Source: Dehalococcoidia bacterium (GTDB lineage: Bacteria > Chloroflexota > Dehalococcoidia > SZUA-161 > SpSt-899). Taken from it: 64,000 nucleotides of DNA. The stretch covers positions 543-64,542 of the forward strand of contig JAQTRE010000003.1 in the NCBI GenBank assembly GCA_028711995.1. The letters run 5' to 3'. The notes beneath the pieces are model-generated. The model saw nothing but the letters and a program-made list of their open reading frames with translations, was not told the origin of the DNA and made no database searches. The first letter of the stretch is position 1. Each line of letters opens with the position of its first letter. The position numbers were made by a program, and so were the translations under genes. Shown in pieces: positions 1-9,845 of the stretch.

Positions 1-512
1 GTAATCGGACTCATCCTTTTTCCCTCCCGGAAAAGATATCTGGCCCTTGTGACTCATAACCGTATCGGTTCTTTTTATGAACAGAATATGATATTGGCCC
101 GCCTTTCTATAGACAGGGACGAGCACGGCTGAAGAAACTAGGTCCGAATCCGTCAGGCGCCTCTTTTCCCGCTGGAAGAGCATTTGCTTCAGACTTTCCT
201 TTGTTACCTTCACTCTGACCTCACAAGAAATCGGCGCGCATGTGGCGATCCCGTTGCCGCTTTGACATCATTTCCAGAAAACCCGGGCTCCTCCCTCGTT
301 CGCCATGACACCCCATATTTTGGAAACTGCTATTTTCAGATTATCAGACGGCTGCCTTACGGCGGGCAATACCCCCCGTAAACGCCAAGAAGAGGATAGC
401 ACACCACGAGACAGCTGCCAACCTGATGCTCAGGGATTACCTACCGTAAGTTGACAGTTACTACACTGCACTCAAAGTTGACCATATCAAAGCGGAAGGA
501 CTATAATAGCTA

Positions 513-1919
513 TTGGGATACAGAATGTCTCTACATGAGTCTTGTGGTGTATTTGGAATTTATGCTCCTGGTGAAGATATAGCAAGGCTCACCTATTTTG
601 CCCTCTACGCTCTTCAACACCGCGGTCAGGAAAGCTCAGGTATTGCCGCCAGCAATGGATATTCCATTCGCCTTCATGCGGACATGGGATTAGTGGCCCA
701 GGTATTCGATGAAGATATCCTGGGGCAGCTAACGGGTAAGATCGCGATCGGCCATAATCGCTACTCCACCACCGGATCAAGCCGCATCATTAATGCCCAG
801 CCGATCATCGTGCCCAGCCCCTTCGGTGATATCGCGCTGGGCCATAATGGAAATCTGATCAACGCCACTTATCTCAAGCAGGGGCTTGAAAGTGAAGGGT
901 ACGCTTTCCGCACCACCACTGATTCTGAAGTGATCGCTCACTTATTGGCATCGGCACCGGGAAAAACATTCGTAGAGAAAATGCGATATGCCATGGCAAG
1001 GCTTCAGGGTGCCTACAGCCTGGTGATCATGACAAAGGATAAACTTTTCGGCATAAGGGATCCGCTGGGAGTGCGCCCTTTGTGTCTGGGATCTTTGAAC
1101 GGTCATTGGGTATTATCTTCGGAGAGTTGTGCTCTGGATCAACTCGGGATGAATTTTGTCCGGGAAATAATGCCGGGCGAAATTGTGATGATCGATGAAT
1201 CCGGACTTCATAGTTTTCCTTCTGATAATCCCCAACCTGAGAGAGCGCTCTGCGTTTTCGAGTACATCTATTTTGCGCGTCCCGATAGTATTATCGGCGG
1301 ACGGCATCTTTACCCTTCACGAATGGCAATGGGCGCGAGGCTGGCTCGCGACTATCCGGTAGATGCTGATATTGTGATAGGTGTGCCGGATTCAGCAACC
1401 GCTGCCAGTGTGGGATACTCCAGAGCGTCCGGCATTCCCTTCAGCGAGGGATTATTGAAAAGCCGCTATGTGGGGCGCACCTTCATCCAACCCGATCAGC
1501 GCCTGAGGGACGTTGGCGTCAGACTGAAGTTCAGCCCCCTGCCGGACGTGCTTGCAGGCAAGCGGGTAGTGGTGGTTGATGACAGTATTGTGCGTGGCAC
1601 AACTACGCCCAGGATCGTTGCCCTTCTGAAAAAAGCCGGGGCAAAGGAAATTCATGTGAGAATCTGCGCTCCGCCCATCCGTCACCCCTGCGTTTTCGGC
1701 ATAGACATGGCCACCCGCCGGGAGCTTATCGCTGCGCAGAGAACCGTCCCCGAAATCCGTGAGGTGATTGGGGCCGACTCGCTTGGATATCAGAGTATTG
1801 AAGGACTGATTGAGTCAGTCGATCTCCCCAGGGAGAGTCTGTGTCTGGCTTGTTTCACCGGGAATTATCCCGTACCTATCCAGCTTGAAATGGATAAGTT
1901 TGCTTTGGAGACTGTCTGA
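513..1919 (+). CDS. purF: Amidophosphoribosyltransferase (glutamine PRPP amidotransferase)
   Basis: N-terminus ...HESCGVFGI with the catalytic Cys after a short propeptide. Type-II PRTase motif VVVDDSIVRGTT. C-terminal CxxC Fe-S ligands. ORF-track start is TTG at 513; an in-frame ATG at 525 is an alternative start. Confidence 0.9.
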   Translation: MGYRMSLHESCGVFGIYAPGEDIARLTYFALYALQHRGQESSGIAASNGYSIRLHADMGLVAQVFDEDILGQLTGKIAIGHNRYSTTGSSRIINAQPIIVPSPFGDIALGHNGNLINATYLKQGLESEGYAFRTTTDSEVIAHLLASAPGKTFVEKMRYAMARLQGAYSLVIMTKDKLFGIRDPLGVRPLCLGSLNGHWVLSSESCALDQLGMNFVREIMPGEIVMIDESGLHSFPSDNPQPERALCVFEYIYFARPDSIIGGRHLYPSRMAMGARLARDYPVDADIVIGVPDSATAASVGYSRASGIPFSEGLLKSRYVGRTFIQPDQRLRDVGVRLKFSPLPDVLAGKRVVVVDDSIVRGTTTPRIVALLKKAGAKEIHVRICAPPIRHPCVFGIDMATRRELIAAQRTVPEIREVIGADSLGYQSIEGLIESVDLPRESLCLACFTGNYPVPIQLEMDKFALETV

Positions 1920-1923
1920 GGAA

Positions 1924-2955
1924 ATGCCAAAACAACCCGATAAAGAAACCTATGCCGGGGCCGGTGTCGATATCGATGCCGCCATCCGGGCCAAAGACCT
2001 GATAAAGCAGCACTCCCGCATCACCAGGAATTCGAGCGTGCTCAGCGATATCGGCTTCTTCAACGGACTTTTCGAACTCAAAGGGTATCGAGAGCCGGTT
2101 CTGGTTTCCAGCGCCGATGGTGTGGGCACCAAGCTCAAGATCGCCGCCGCTCTGGATAAGCACGATACCATCGGCATCGACCTGGTCAATCACTGTGTGA
2201 ATGATATCCTCCCTTCGGGAGCCGACCCCCTGTTCTTCCTCGATTACATCGGCGCCGGAAAGCTTGTCCCGGAACAGATCAGCGAAGTTGTGAAAGGGCT
2301 GGCTCAAGCCTGCAAGGATGTTGGCTGCGTCCTTATCGGTGGCGAAACCGCGGAGATGCCCGGAACTTACGCTCTGGGCGATTATGACCTGGTGGGATTC
2401 ATCGTCGGCGCGGTCGAGAAAGGAAACCTCCCCAATATGAAGTCGACCCAACAAGGTGACGCCATCATCGGGCTTCCTTCAAGCGGACTCCACACCAACG
2501 GGTATTCGCTGGCCAGGAAGGTGTTCGCCATCGGGGCCGGGGATGAGTCACGTTCTTTGTTGAAAACTTATCATGCCGAACTCAGTGGTACGCTGGGAGA
2601 GGCCTTGCTCAAGCCGCATCGCTGCTACTATCATCAGTTGAAACCTCTGCTGCCCAAGATCAAGGGATTGGCCCATATCACCGGCGGCGGTTTCTGGGAT
2701 AACATTCCGCGCTCTCTTCCCTCCGGCGTTTCGGCGCATATCCGGAAGGGGAGCTGGGACATTTTACCCATTTTCGAACTGATCCGCTCTCAAGGCCATA
2801 TCGATGAGCATGAAATGTATCATGTCTTCAATATGGGAATCGGAATGGTGATCTTCTGCCCGCCCGGCGAAGCCGACGGCATGCTGAAGGCTCTGCCTGA
2901 GGCCAAAGTCATCGGGGAAGTGGTCAAAGGGGATGGGCGGGTCTTCATCGATTAG
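1924..2955 (+). CDS. purM: Phosphoribosylformylglycinamidine cyclo-ligase (AIR synthetase)
   Basis: AGVDIDAAIRAKDLIKQH...SSADGVGTKLKIA, GGETAEMPG, C-terminal PurM domain. Follows purF with a 4-nt spacer. The ORF-track extension from 1810 overlaps purF, so the ATG at 1924 (MPKQPDKETYAGAGVDID) was chosen. Confidence 0.9.
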   Translation: MPKQPDKETYAGAGVDIDAAIRAKDLIKQHSRITRNSSVLSDIGFFNGLFELKGYREPVLVSSADGVGTKLKIAAALDKHDTIGIDLVNHCVNDILPSGADPLFFLDYIGAGKLVPEQISEVVKGLAQACKDVGCVLIGGETAEMPGTYALGDYDLVGFIVGAVEKGNLPNMKSTQQGDAIIGLPSSGLHTNGYSLARKVFAIGAGDESRSLLKTYHAELSGTLGEALLKPHRCYYHQLKPLLPKIKGLAHITGGGFWDNIPRSLPSGVSAHIRKGSWDILPIFELIRSQGHIDEHEMYHVFNMGIGMVIFCPPGEADGMLKALPEAKVIGEVVKGDGRVFID

Positions 2956-2975
2956 TTATCTCTCCCTCACTAGCG

Positions 2976-3075
2976 TGCTGAAATAGTTTGACTCAACCCC
3001 CTAGGCCCCACTCGTTGGGGGAATTGTAAGGGCGTATAATGATACGCCCCTACCGGGGCACCCTCAGGCCCCCGG
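2976..3075. repeat. Structured intergenic repeat, family 1 (copy C): gctgaaatagtttgactcaacccc...cccactcgttggggga...ggggcaccctcaggcccccgg
   Basis: Shares its 5' module (gctgaaaNagtttgactYaaccccctag) with 32319-32350 and, inverted, with 24941-24970. Shares the hairpin modules (ccccaNNNttggggg; ggggNcNcccc...ccccgg) with the copies at 7254-7345 and 19596-19684. Lies in the convergent purM/cooS 3' intergenic region. Confidence 0.5.
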
Positions 3076-3116
3076 AAGGAGGAATCCTTCACCTCTTTTT
3101 CAACAGCCTGCTAGAG

Positions 3117-5171
3117 TTACGTTCTCGACCGCGTGTATCTTCCCTCGGTAAACACTTCATCGGAAGTGTAATCGGCGGGGAAATAAGCCTCGCTCTTCTT
3201 GTATCTTTCAGGATCGTATCGGTCGAGCTTGAGCACAGCGCGCTTGGCATCGATGAGCGCAATTGTAGCTTGGAGCGCTTTTTCAACATCGGGCTCGAAG
3301 TGCAGCGCCGCACCAACCTTCTTCTGATAGCCTTCGGTCAACAACCCCATCACCTCGGGGCTGTTGCTAAACGGATGGGGGCCGATCATCCATGTGGTCA
3401 CACCGGAAGCCACAAAGTACGTCCCGATGGAAACCGCCTTCTCGCTCATCCACTCCGGGGCAAATCCGACTACAGGCGCATCGCTGATATCCTCACCCAA
3501 CCCTCCCTCGGTAGCACATTGGGCCAGCAAGGTCAAAATGCGTGAGTTATCGACGCATGACCCCATGTGCAATACGGGCGGAATGCCGATCGTCTGACAA
3601 ATCTCCCTCAGGCCGGGACCGGCAAGAGTCATCATCTCCGGCGTCAGAAGCCCCTGTTTGGCATCAGCAATAGCATTGCAGCCGGTAGTGACCACCAGGA
3701 TATCATTCTTGATCAGCTCTCTGACGATATAAGTCTGGTAATCATCCTGCGTCAGCCGGGCATTGTTGCAGCCGACTACGCCCGCTGCGCCTCTGATCCG
3801 GCCATTGGCGATGTTATCGATCAGCGGCCTCAGCGACTGCCGGAAACTGCCGCCCAGCATATAGTTGATATACTCGTGGGAAAATCCGGCAACCAGATTG
3901 TTCACATAGTTCGGGATCCGAGTCTTTTTTCGATTGGGGAAATTATCGATCGCCCTTCGGAGTATCTTCTCGGCGTGTTCCAGGCCGTGTTCTTCGTCAA
4001 ATTCCATGTAAGTGCTGCCGGTTATTTTGGCTTTCGGCGAAGTGCTGATGATCTCGGTATGATATTTTCCGGCTACTGCCACCAGGCCTTCCATCACGCA
4101 CTGGATATCCACCACCATTGCTTCCACAGCACCGGTCACCATAGCGAATTCCTGTGAGAGGAAATTACCGAGCAGCGAGACCCCCTGGCGCATAAGAATC
4201 TTGTTAGCAGTACAGCACATGCCAGCAAGATTGATCCCTTTGGCACCCTTGGATTTGGCGTATTCGATAATTTCGGGATTACTGGCAGCCTCCACCATCA
4301 TCATGGAGAGGTTCGGCTCGTGGCCATGGATAACAACGTTCACGTCATCATTACTCAGAACACCAAAATTGGCCCTCGCCTGCACTGGTCCGGGAGTGCC
4401 GAAGAGGATATCGCTGATATCGGTCCCCAGCATCGATCCGCCCCAGCCGTCACTCAGAGCGGTCCTTAAGGCCTGACTCATAATATGCTCAGCATCCTGA
4501 TCAACTCCCGCAGTGGTGCGGTGCATCATCTCCACGACTTCGCGATCAATGCCGCGCGGGGCGATGCCCAGCTTTCTCCAGATCGCCTGTCGCTTCAGAG
4601 GCGCCCTCCTCAGATAGTCCAGTTCCTTCTGCGTGCTGCTGAAATTCCCCAGCGCTTTGAGGGCAATTTCCTTGCCGATCTCCTCATTTGAGCGCCCTTT
4701 TGTCTTGATGCCCAGAAGCTCGGCTACCGCTATCATTTTGCCCTGATCCTTAACCTTGAAATCCGGGGCATGTCCTTCGCAAGCGGCAAGAAGCGTGAGT
4801 GCCATATCGCGGCCGTGGTCAGAGTGAGCCGCTGCTCCACCGGCAATGGCTCTGGCATAGTTCCTGGCGGCAACAGTAGCCCTGGTTGCGCCGCACAAAC
4901 CTGTTTGAGTCTTACCTGTGAGACGGCAGGGTCCCATGAAACAGCTTTTGCAGCAGGCAGCAACTCCTCCGATGGGGCATGCTTTGACCGCATCAGCACG
5001 CTGAAATATCGTATCAACCCCCTCTGTCGCACAGATATCAAGTAACTCCACTGTAGTTGGGTCAATACTTTTAATAAAGGGCCTTTCCTTTTCGCCCATT
5101 TCTGCCTCCCAAAGGATCTTTTCCCGCTGACGGGGAAAGATCAATTCCATTTCTATGCTATCGCACCGCAT
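3117..5171 (-). CDS. cooS: Anaerobic carbon-monoxide dehydrogenase catalytic subunit (Ni-Fe-S CODH, CooS/AcsA family)
   Basis: N-terminal cluster-binding signature ...CPIGGVAACCKSCFMGPCRLTGKTQTGLCGATRATVAARNYARAIAGGAAAHSDHG, typical of CooS (CCxxCxxGPC). About 680 aa. Hybrid-cluster protein is the closest alternative, but its N-terminal motif differs. Start is uncertain (MRCDS.. at 5171, or MELIFP, or MGEKER). Confidence 0.8.
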   Translation of the reverse strand: MRCDSIEMELIFPRQREKILWEAEMGEKERPFIKSIDPTTVELLDICATEGVDTIFQRADAVKACPIGGVAACCKSCFMGPCRLTGKTQTGLCGATRATVAARNYARAIAGGAAAHSDHGRDMALTLLAACEGHAPDFKVKDQGKMIAVAELLGIKTKGRSNEEIGKEIALKALGNFSSTQKELDYLRRAPLKRQAIWRKLGIAPRGIDREVVEMMHRTTAGVDQDAEHIMSQALRTALSDGWGGSMLGTDISDILFGTPGPVQARANFGVLSNDDVNVVIHGHEPNLSMMMVEAASNPEIIEYAKSKGAKGINLAGMCCTANKILMRQGVSLLGNFLSQEFAMVTGAVEAMVVDIQCVMEGLVAVAGKYHTEIISTSPKAKITGSTYMEFDEEHGLEHAEKILRRAIDNFPNRKKTRIPNYVNNLVAGFSHEYINYMLGGSFRQSLRPLIDNIANGRIRGAAGVVGCNNARLTQDDYQTYIVRELIKNDILVVTTGCNAIADAKQGLLTPEMMTLAGPGLREICQTIGIPPVLHMGSCVDNSRILTLLAQCATEGGLGEDISDAPVVGFAPEWMSEKAVSIGTYFVASGVTTWMIGPHPFSNSPEVMGLLTEGYQKKVGAALHFEPDVEKALQATIALIDAKRAVLKLDRYDPERYKKSEAYFPADYTSDEVFTEGRYTRSRT

Positions 5172-5324
5172 CTGAAGTGTAAAGTTTCTCCCAATCTCAA
5201 TTTACTACTGGAACATTTTGTAGGTTTGGGAGTTGCGAAAAGGGAAGATGTCGGACCTATACAACTGGGCCTCGAAGCGCTATAATAGCACTGTAATTGT
5301 CAAAATCGGCAATCGGGCTGAGGA

Positions 5325-6557
5325 ATGCTAAGCGTAAAAAGTTATCTTCTCCATCCCCTCCCCATGGCTCCCTCGAAGGGCAACCTGCCGGCCATGAAAA
5401 ACATGGAATGGGCCTTTATCTTCATTCGCTTTCTGGAGGTTCCCTTTGGACTTCTCATGGCACGATGGCATGATCCTGCCTCCACCCCATTGTTCGTGGC
5501 CATGGTTGGAATTTTCGGTTTCTGCAATATCATCGCCTGTCTCCTGAATTACACCATCAAGAGCCCGAACGCTCAATGGATGCTGGGGGCCAGCATGCTA
5601 ATCGCCGATGCCTTAGCGCTTTGGTACGGGATACTGCAATTCACCCATGACCCAAACACTGCGGCGTATGCCTACTTTGTCCTGGTGATTATAGAAGGCG
5701 CGGTGCGATTTGGACTGATGGGGAGCCTGGCCATGGGATTTGTGTTTGCACTAGGCTTGTGTTCTGCCTATATCTACCGCTCTTCGGCATATGATATAGG
5801 CTTCAGTATTCATGGTTATGCATACTGGACTATCTTCATGATGCTGATTGCCCTGACGGTTGGCTTGATCGTCCGGGAGAACCAGAGAGATCGGCAAGTG
5901 AATGAACGGCTGGCAAAAACGAAAGCTTCGTTGGCAGAACGCAACCGCATCGCATGCGATTTACATGATACGGTATTGAAAACACTCCATGGCCTTTCAC
6001 TGGAGGCATATGCGCTCCAAAAGCAACCTCTGCCTTCGGCTACCAAGGAGAAGCTAAGGTACATTGAAAGTACATGCCGCCAGTCAAGCCAGGAGATCAG
6101 AAACATCGTCTACGAGCTCCGCAATAATGATAATGAAGCAAGCATATTTTTGCAGATGTCACGGATATTGGATGACTGGAACAAAGAAACCGGTATAGCC
6201 ACATCCCTTACTCGCACTGGGAATGAAGACCTGAGCCTCCCATCGATAATCAGCTACCATCTTTGCTGTGTGCTGTCTGAGGCCTTGACCAATATCCAGA
6301 AACACGCCTCTGCTTCGCACGTGCAGGTGTTGGTTGAGGTGCTTGAAACCGAGCTGGAAATCAGGATCCACGATAACGGGTGCGGTATTACATTCGCCGG
6401 AGAATACCTGCATAACCTCCCACGCCAAGGGAAATTTGGCATATTCGGAATGAAAGAGCGTATCGAACACATCGGCGGCCAATTGGCCATCGAAAACAAG
6501 ATTGGCGCACAGTTGATGATAAAGATACCGCTGTCTTCTCAGGGGATTTGGCGATGA
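5325..6557 (+). CDS. Membrane-embedded sensor histidine kinase, HisKA_3 (NarL-partner) type
   Basis: N-terminal half has 5 to 6 predicted hydrophobic helices and no PAS/GAF domain. HisKA_3 H-box ERNRIACDLHDTVLKTLHGL. C-terminal HATPase_c (..HDNGCGI.., GIFGMKERIEHIGGQL). Stop TGA overlaps the downstream response-regulator ATG as ATGA. Start may be the internal ATG near 5394. Confidence 0.8.
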   Translation: MLSVKSYLLHPLPMAPSKGNLPAMKNMEWAFIFIRFLEVPFGLLMARWHDPASTPLFVAMVGIFGFCNIIACLLNYTIKSPNAQWMLGASMLIADALALWYGILQFTHDPNTAAYAYFVLVIIEGAVRFGLMGSLAMGFVFALGLCSAYIYRSSAYDIGFSIHGYAYWTIFMMLIALTVGLIVRENQRDRQVNERLAKTKASLAERNRIACDLHDTVLKTLHGLSLEAYALQKQPLPSATKEKLRYIESTCRQSSQEIRNIVYELRNNDNEASIFLQMSRILDDWNKETGIATSLTRTGNEDLSLPSIISYHLCCVLSEALTNIQKHASASHVQVLVEVLETELEIRIHDNGCGITFAGEYLHNLPRQGKFGIFGMKERIEHIGGQLAIENKIGAQLMIKIPLSSQGIWR

Positions 6558-7213
6558 GCCGGACAACAGTTCTGATTGTCGATGATAATCTGATCATCCG
6601 GAGGGGTCTCAAGAGCCTGCTGGCCAACGAACCTGATCTCACGGTCGTGGGAGAAGCTTCAACAGGCTCAGAGGCCATTCACTGGATGGCAAAAACATCA
6701 GCGGATGTGGTATTGATGGACATTCGAATGCCCGGTATGGATGGCATCAAGGCTACGGCGGAGATTATGCGATTAAGGCCCAGGGCAAACATTCTGGTAA
6801 TTACCGCGCTGGACAATCCCAATACTCTGGCACAGACACTGATGGCCGGGGCCAAAGGGTGTCTCGAATACAGCCGCTTTTCCCCGGAGGAACTCTTGAA
6901 AGCCGTACGCACAGTCGCATCGGGCAGCAGAATGGAGATATCACCCGCCGTTGCCCTGGCACTGCTCAACATCACTCGCAATGGCCCTTTAGAGCAAAAA
7001 TACGCGCAAAGATGGACGAGCGAGATCGGCATCACATCCAGGGAGATGGATATCCTCGATCTAATGGTGACGAAAAAGAGTAATGCTGAAATCGCCGTAG
7101 TTCTGGGCATCACAGAGAAAACAGTCAAGAATCATATTAACAGCATCTACGCTAAACTGAAAATCAAAAACCGCTATGAGATCATCAACCTTAAAGCAAA
7201 GCATTCGCCTTGA
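6554..7213 (+). CDS. Response regulator, NarL/LuxR family (REC + HTH_LuxR)
   Basis: VLIVDDNLIIRRGLKSLL...DVVLMDIRMPGMDG receiver domain. C-terminal LuxR HTH (REMDILDLMVTKKSNAEIAVVLGITEKTVKNHINSIYAKLKIKNRYE). Translationally coupled to the kinase. Confidence 0.85.
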   Translation: MSRTTVLIVDDNLIIRRGLKSLLANEPDLTVVGEASTGSEAIHWMAKTSADVVLMDIRMPGMDGIKATAEIMRLRPRANILVITALDNPNTLAQTLMAGAKGCLEYSRFSPEELLKAVRTVASGSRMEISPAVALALLNITRNGPLEQKYAQRWTSEIGITSREMDILDLMVTKKSNAEIAVVLGITEKTVKNHINSIYAKLKIKNRYEIINLKAKHSP

Positions 7214-7253
7214 AGTACTGGCGCCCTCGTGGAGGCCGCCGCAAAATCCCTAT

Positions 7254-7345
7254 CAACCCCCTCAATCCCCCAACTCTTTGGGGGAGGAAAAGAAGATTTC
7301 GGGGACACCCCTAAAACCCCGGCAATGAAATATCTCTGCACTCTC
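7254..7345. repeat. Structured intergenic repeat, family 1 (copy A)
   Basis: aaccccctcaatcccccaactctttgggggaggaaaagaagatttcggggacacccctaaaaccccggcaatgaaatatctctgcactctc. Aligns over about 90 nt with 19596-19684; the 3' 49 nt are about 80% identical by hand count. Lies in the convergent RR/clpC 3' region. On the minus strand the hairpin ggggtgtcccc is followed by a T-rich tract, so it may act as the clpC terminator. Confidence 0.5.
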
Positions 7346-7361
7346 ATACCCAACTCTCGTT

Positions 7362-9809
7362 CTAGCCTGACGCAGGGACATCATCCTTCCCGCCTTTTCG
7401 GAAAACCAATCCTTTGGCATCAACATCCGCAACGACGTTGTCCCCCTCCTGAAACTCTCCCTGCAAAATCTTCTTGGAGAGCGGGTTCTCCACAAAACGC
7501 TGAATGGCGCGGCGCAACGGACGAGCCCCATACAAGGGATCAAAGCCTTCCTTAGCCAGCCATGACTTCGCCTCGGCCGTCAGCGCAACAGTGATCTGCC
7601 GCTCTTCCAAGCGCTCTTGAAGCTCATTCAGCATAAGTTCCACGATCTGATGGATTTGCTCTTCGCTCAGCTCATCGAAGATGATGATCTCATCGATCCG
7701 GTTGAGAAACTCCGGACGGAACGTCCGCTTGAGAGTGTCTTCAACCGCGCTTTTCTTACGCTGACGGTCGGCCTTGGTCTCATCACTGCGGCGAAAGCCG
7801 ATTGTCCCTCGCTGAAATTCCAGGCTCCCTAGATTGCTGGTCATAATAACCACCGTGTTCTTGAAATCCACCGTGCGCCCATGTCCATCCGTCAGTTGCC
7901 CATCCTCCAGAATTTGCAGCAGAATATTGAAGACATCCGGATGGGCTTTCTCGATCTCATCGAAGAGAATCACCCGATAAGGACGGCGGCGGATAATCTC
8001 GGTGAGCTGCCCCCCTTCCTCATATCCGATGCACCCCGGCGGCGCTCCGATCAGGCGAGATACGGTATGTTTCTCCATATACTCCGACATGTCCATTCTG
8101 ACCAGCGCCTCTTCCTCATCAAAGAGAAACTCGGCCAGAGCCCGGGCAAGTTCCGTTTTGCCCACACCGGTGGGGCCGAGGAAAATGAAGCTGCCGATGG
8201 GCCTCCTGGGATCTTTCAGCCCGGCACGGGCGCGCCTGATTGCATCGGAGATGGCGGCTATGGCCTCATCCTGCCCAACCACACGTTCATGGAGTCGCTC
8301 TTCCATATCGACCAGCTTCTCGCTTTCTCCTTCCAGCATACGGCTGGGAGGAATACCCGTCCATTTGGAGATCAGTTGGGCAATGTCTTCCTCATCAACG
8401 ACCCTATCGATTTTCTCCTCCTTCAGCCAGCGGCTCCTCTCTTCATTGTATTGCTGTTCAATACCCAATCTCTCGGCCTTCAAGTTGGCTGCCTTCTCGT
8501 AGTCACTTCTCTGTGCCGCAGCTTCCTCTTCATCCGTCAGATATCTGAGCTTTTGTACCAGCTCTTTGATCTCGGGAGGATAGCTTTCGGAATCGATTCG
8601 CAGCTTGGCGGCCGCCTCATCGATCAGATCGATGGCCTTATCGGGAAGAAAACGGCCGGAGACATAACGATCGCTGAGTTTGGCTGCCGCTTCAAGAGCA
8701 GAGTCCGTGATCTGGATTTTGTGGTGCGATTCGTATTTGGGACGCAGCCCTCTCAGCATCTCGATGGTCGTCTCCACACTCGGCTCATCGATGAGCACCG
8801 GCTGAAATCGCCTCTCCAAAGCGGCATCTTTTTCGATCCGCTCCCGATACTCATCCAGCGTAGTAGCCCCAATGCACTGCAACTCTCCCCGAGCTAATGC
8901 CGGTTTCAACATATTGGACGCATCGATTGCTCCCTCGGCGGCACCGGCACCCACCACCGTGTGCAGTTCATCAATGAAGAGGATGATCTCGCCCTGAGCC
9001 CGGCGGACTTCATCCATTACCGCTTTGAGGCGTTCCTCGAATTCGCCGCGAAACTTGCTTCCGGCCACCAGGGACCCCATATCCAGCGCGATCACCCGGC
9101 GTCCTCTCAATGACTCCGGCACATCATCGGCAGCCACTTTCTGGGCCAGCCCTTCAGCAATCGCCGTCTTGCCCACCCCGACCTCCCCGATGATCACAGG
9201 GTTATTCTTGGTGCGACGGGTCAATACCTGCATCACGCGCTTTATCTCTTCTTCGCGCCCGATAACCGGATCGAGTTTCCCTTCGAGCGCCAGCATAGTC
9301 AGGTCCCGGCTGTATTTTTCCAAAGCCTTGTATTTGCTCTCCGGCCGAGAATCGGTCACTCTTTGACCGCCGCGGATATCCTGCAAAACCCTGTAAACCT
9401 TTTCCTGGTCAATGCCAAAGGTCTCAAAGATTGGCGCCAACTGTCCTCCCCTTTCACCCACAATAGCAATCAGGACGTGCTCGGTACTGACGAACTCATC
9501 CTGGAGGCGATTGGCCTCCGCATCGGCATTCTGTAACAATTGCATCACCCGAGGGGTGGCATAGAATTGAACGCTTTCATAGGCCACTTTGGGGCTGCGT
9601 TCCAGAATTGCCTCCGTCATTTGCCGAACCTGCGCGGGGGCTACACCGAGTTGGCGCAATATTTCATCCGTCAGGCCATGCTCTTGATTTAGCAGCGCCA
9701 GAAGGATATGCTCCACATCCCATTGGCTGTGGCGAAACTTCCTCACCAGTTCCTGTGAAGCTGCCAGAACCGCCTGAGCCTGCTCCGTGAATCTATCCGG
9801 TCTCATCAT
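7362..9809 (-). CDS. clpC: ATP-dependent Clp protease ATP-binding subunit, ClpC-type (two AAA+ modules, Clp_N repeats, short UVR-like linker)
   Basis: Clp_N repeats at the N-terminus. Walker [16 protein letters not shown] and [15 protein letters not shown]. About 75-aa linker between the first AAA module and the ...ISKWTGIP motif, which is ClpC-like and shorter than the ClpB M-domain. Start taken at the ATGATG near 9809, preceded by GGAGGT. Confidence 0.85.
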   Translation of the reverse strand: MMRPDRFTEQAQAVLAASQELVRKFRHSQWDVEHILLALLNQEHGLTDEILRQLGVAPAQVRQMTEAILERSPKVAYESVQFYATPRVMQLLQNADAEANRLQDEFVSTEHVLIAIVGERGGQLAPIFETFGIDQEKVYRVLQDIRGGQRVTDSRPESKYKALEKYSRDLTMLALEGKLDPVIGREEEIKRVMQVLTRRTKNNPVIIGEVGVGKTAIAEGLAQKVAADDVPESLRGRRVIALDMGSLVAGSKFRGEFEERLKAVMDEVRRAQGEIILFIDELHTVVGAGAAEGAIDASNMLKPALARGELQCIGATTLDEYRERIEKDAALERRFQPVLIDEPSVETTIEMLRGLRPKYESHHKIQITDSALEAAAKLSDRYVSGRFLPDKAIDLIDEAAAKLRIDSESYPPEIKELVQKLRYLTDEEEAAAQRSDYEKAANLKAERLGIEQQYNEERSRWLKEEKIDRVVDEEDIAQLISKWTGIPPSRMLEGESEKLVDMEERLHERVVGQDEAIAAISDAIRRARAGLKDPRRPIGSFIFLGPTGVGKTELARALAEFLFDEEEALVRMDMSEYMEKHTVSRLIGAPPGCIGYEEGGQLTEIIRRRPYRVILFDEIEKAHPDVFNILLQILEDGQLTDGHGRTVDFKNTVVIMTSNLGSLEFQRGTIGFRRSDETKADRQRKKSAVEDTLKRTFRPEFLNRIDEIIIFDELSEEQIHQIVELMLNELQERLEERQITVALTAEAKSWLAKEGFDPLYGARPLRRAIQRFVENPLSKKILQGEFQEGDNVVADVDAKGLVFRKGGKDDVPASG

Positions 9810-9845
9810 GTCACACCTCCTGCCAAACAACGATAGCGGCTGGCC

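Noticed and set aside
184-381. 65-aa ORF in the purF upstream region
   Set aside because: No RBS, atypical composition, and it lies in a probable promoter/leader. I also looked here for a purine or ZTP riboswitch and saw no recognisable conserved core, so neither is reported.
5172-5324. Possible CooA/RcoM-type or CO-responsive operator in the cooS-kinase divergent region
   Set aside because: No palindromic operator could be discerned by eye. It is only noted as the probable location of both promoters.
7881-8897. 338-aa plus-strand ORF (and several 100-170-aa ORFs) antisense to clpC
   Set aside because: Entirely contained in the opposite strand of a well-supported gene. Low-complexity, proline/arginine-rich translation typical of shadow ORFs in GC-rich DNA.
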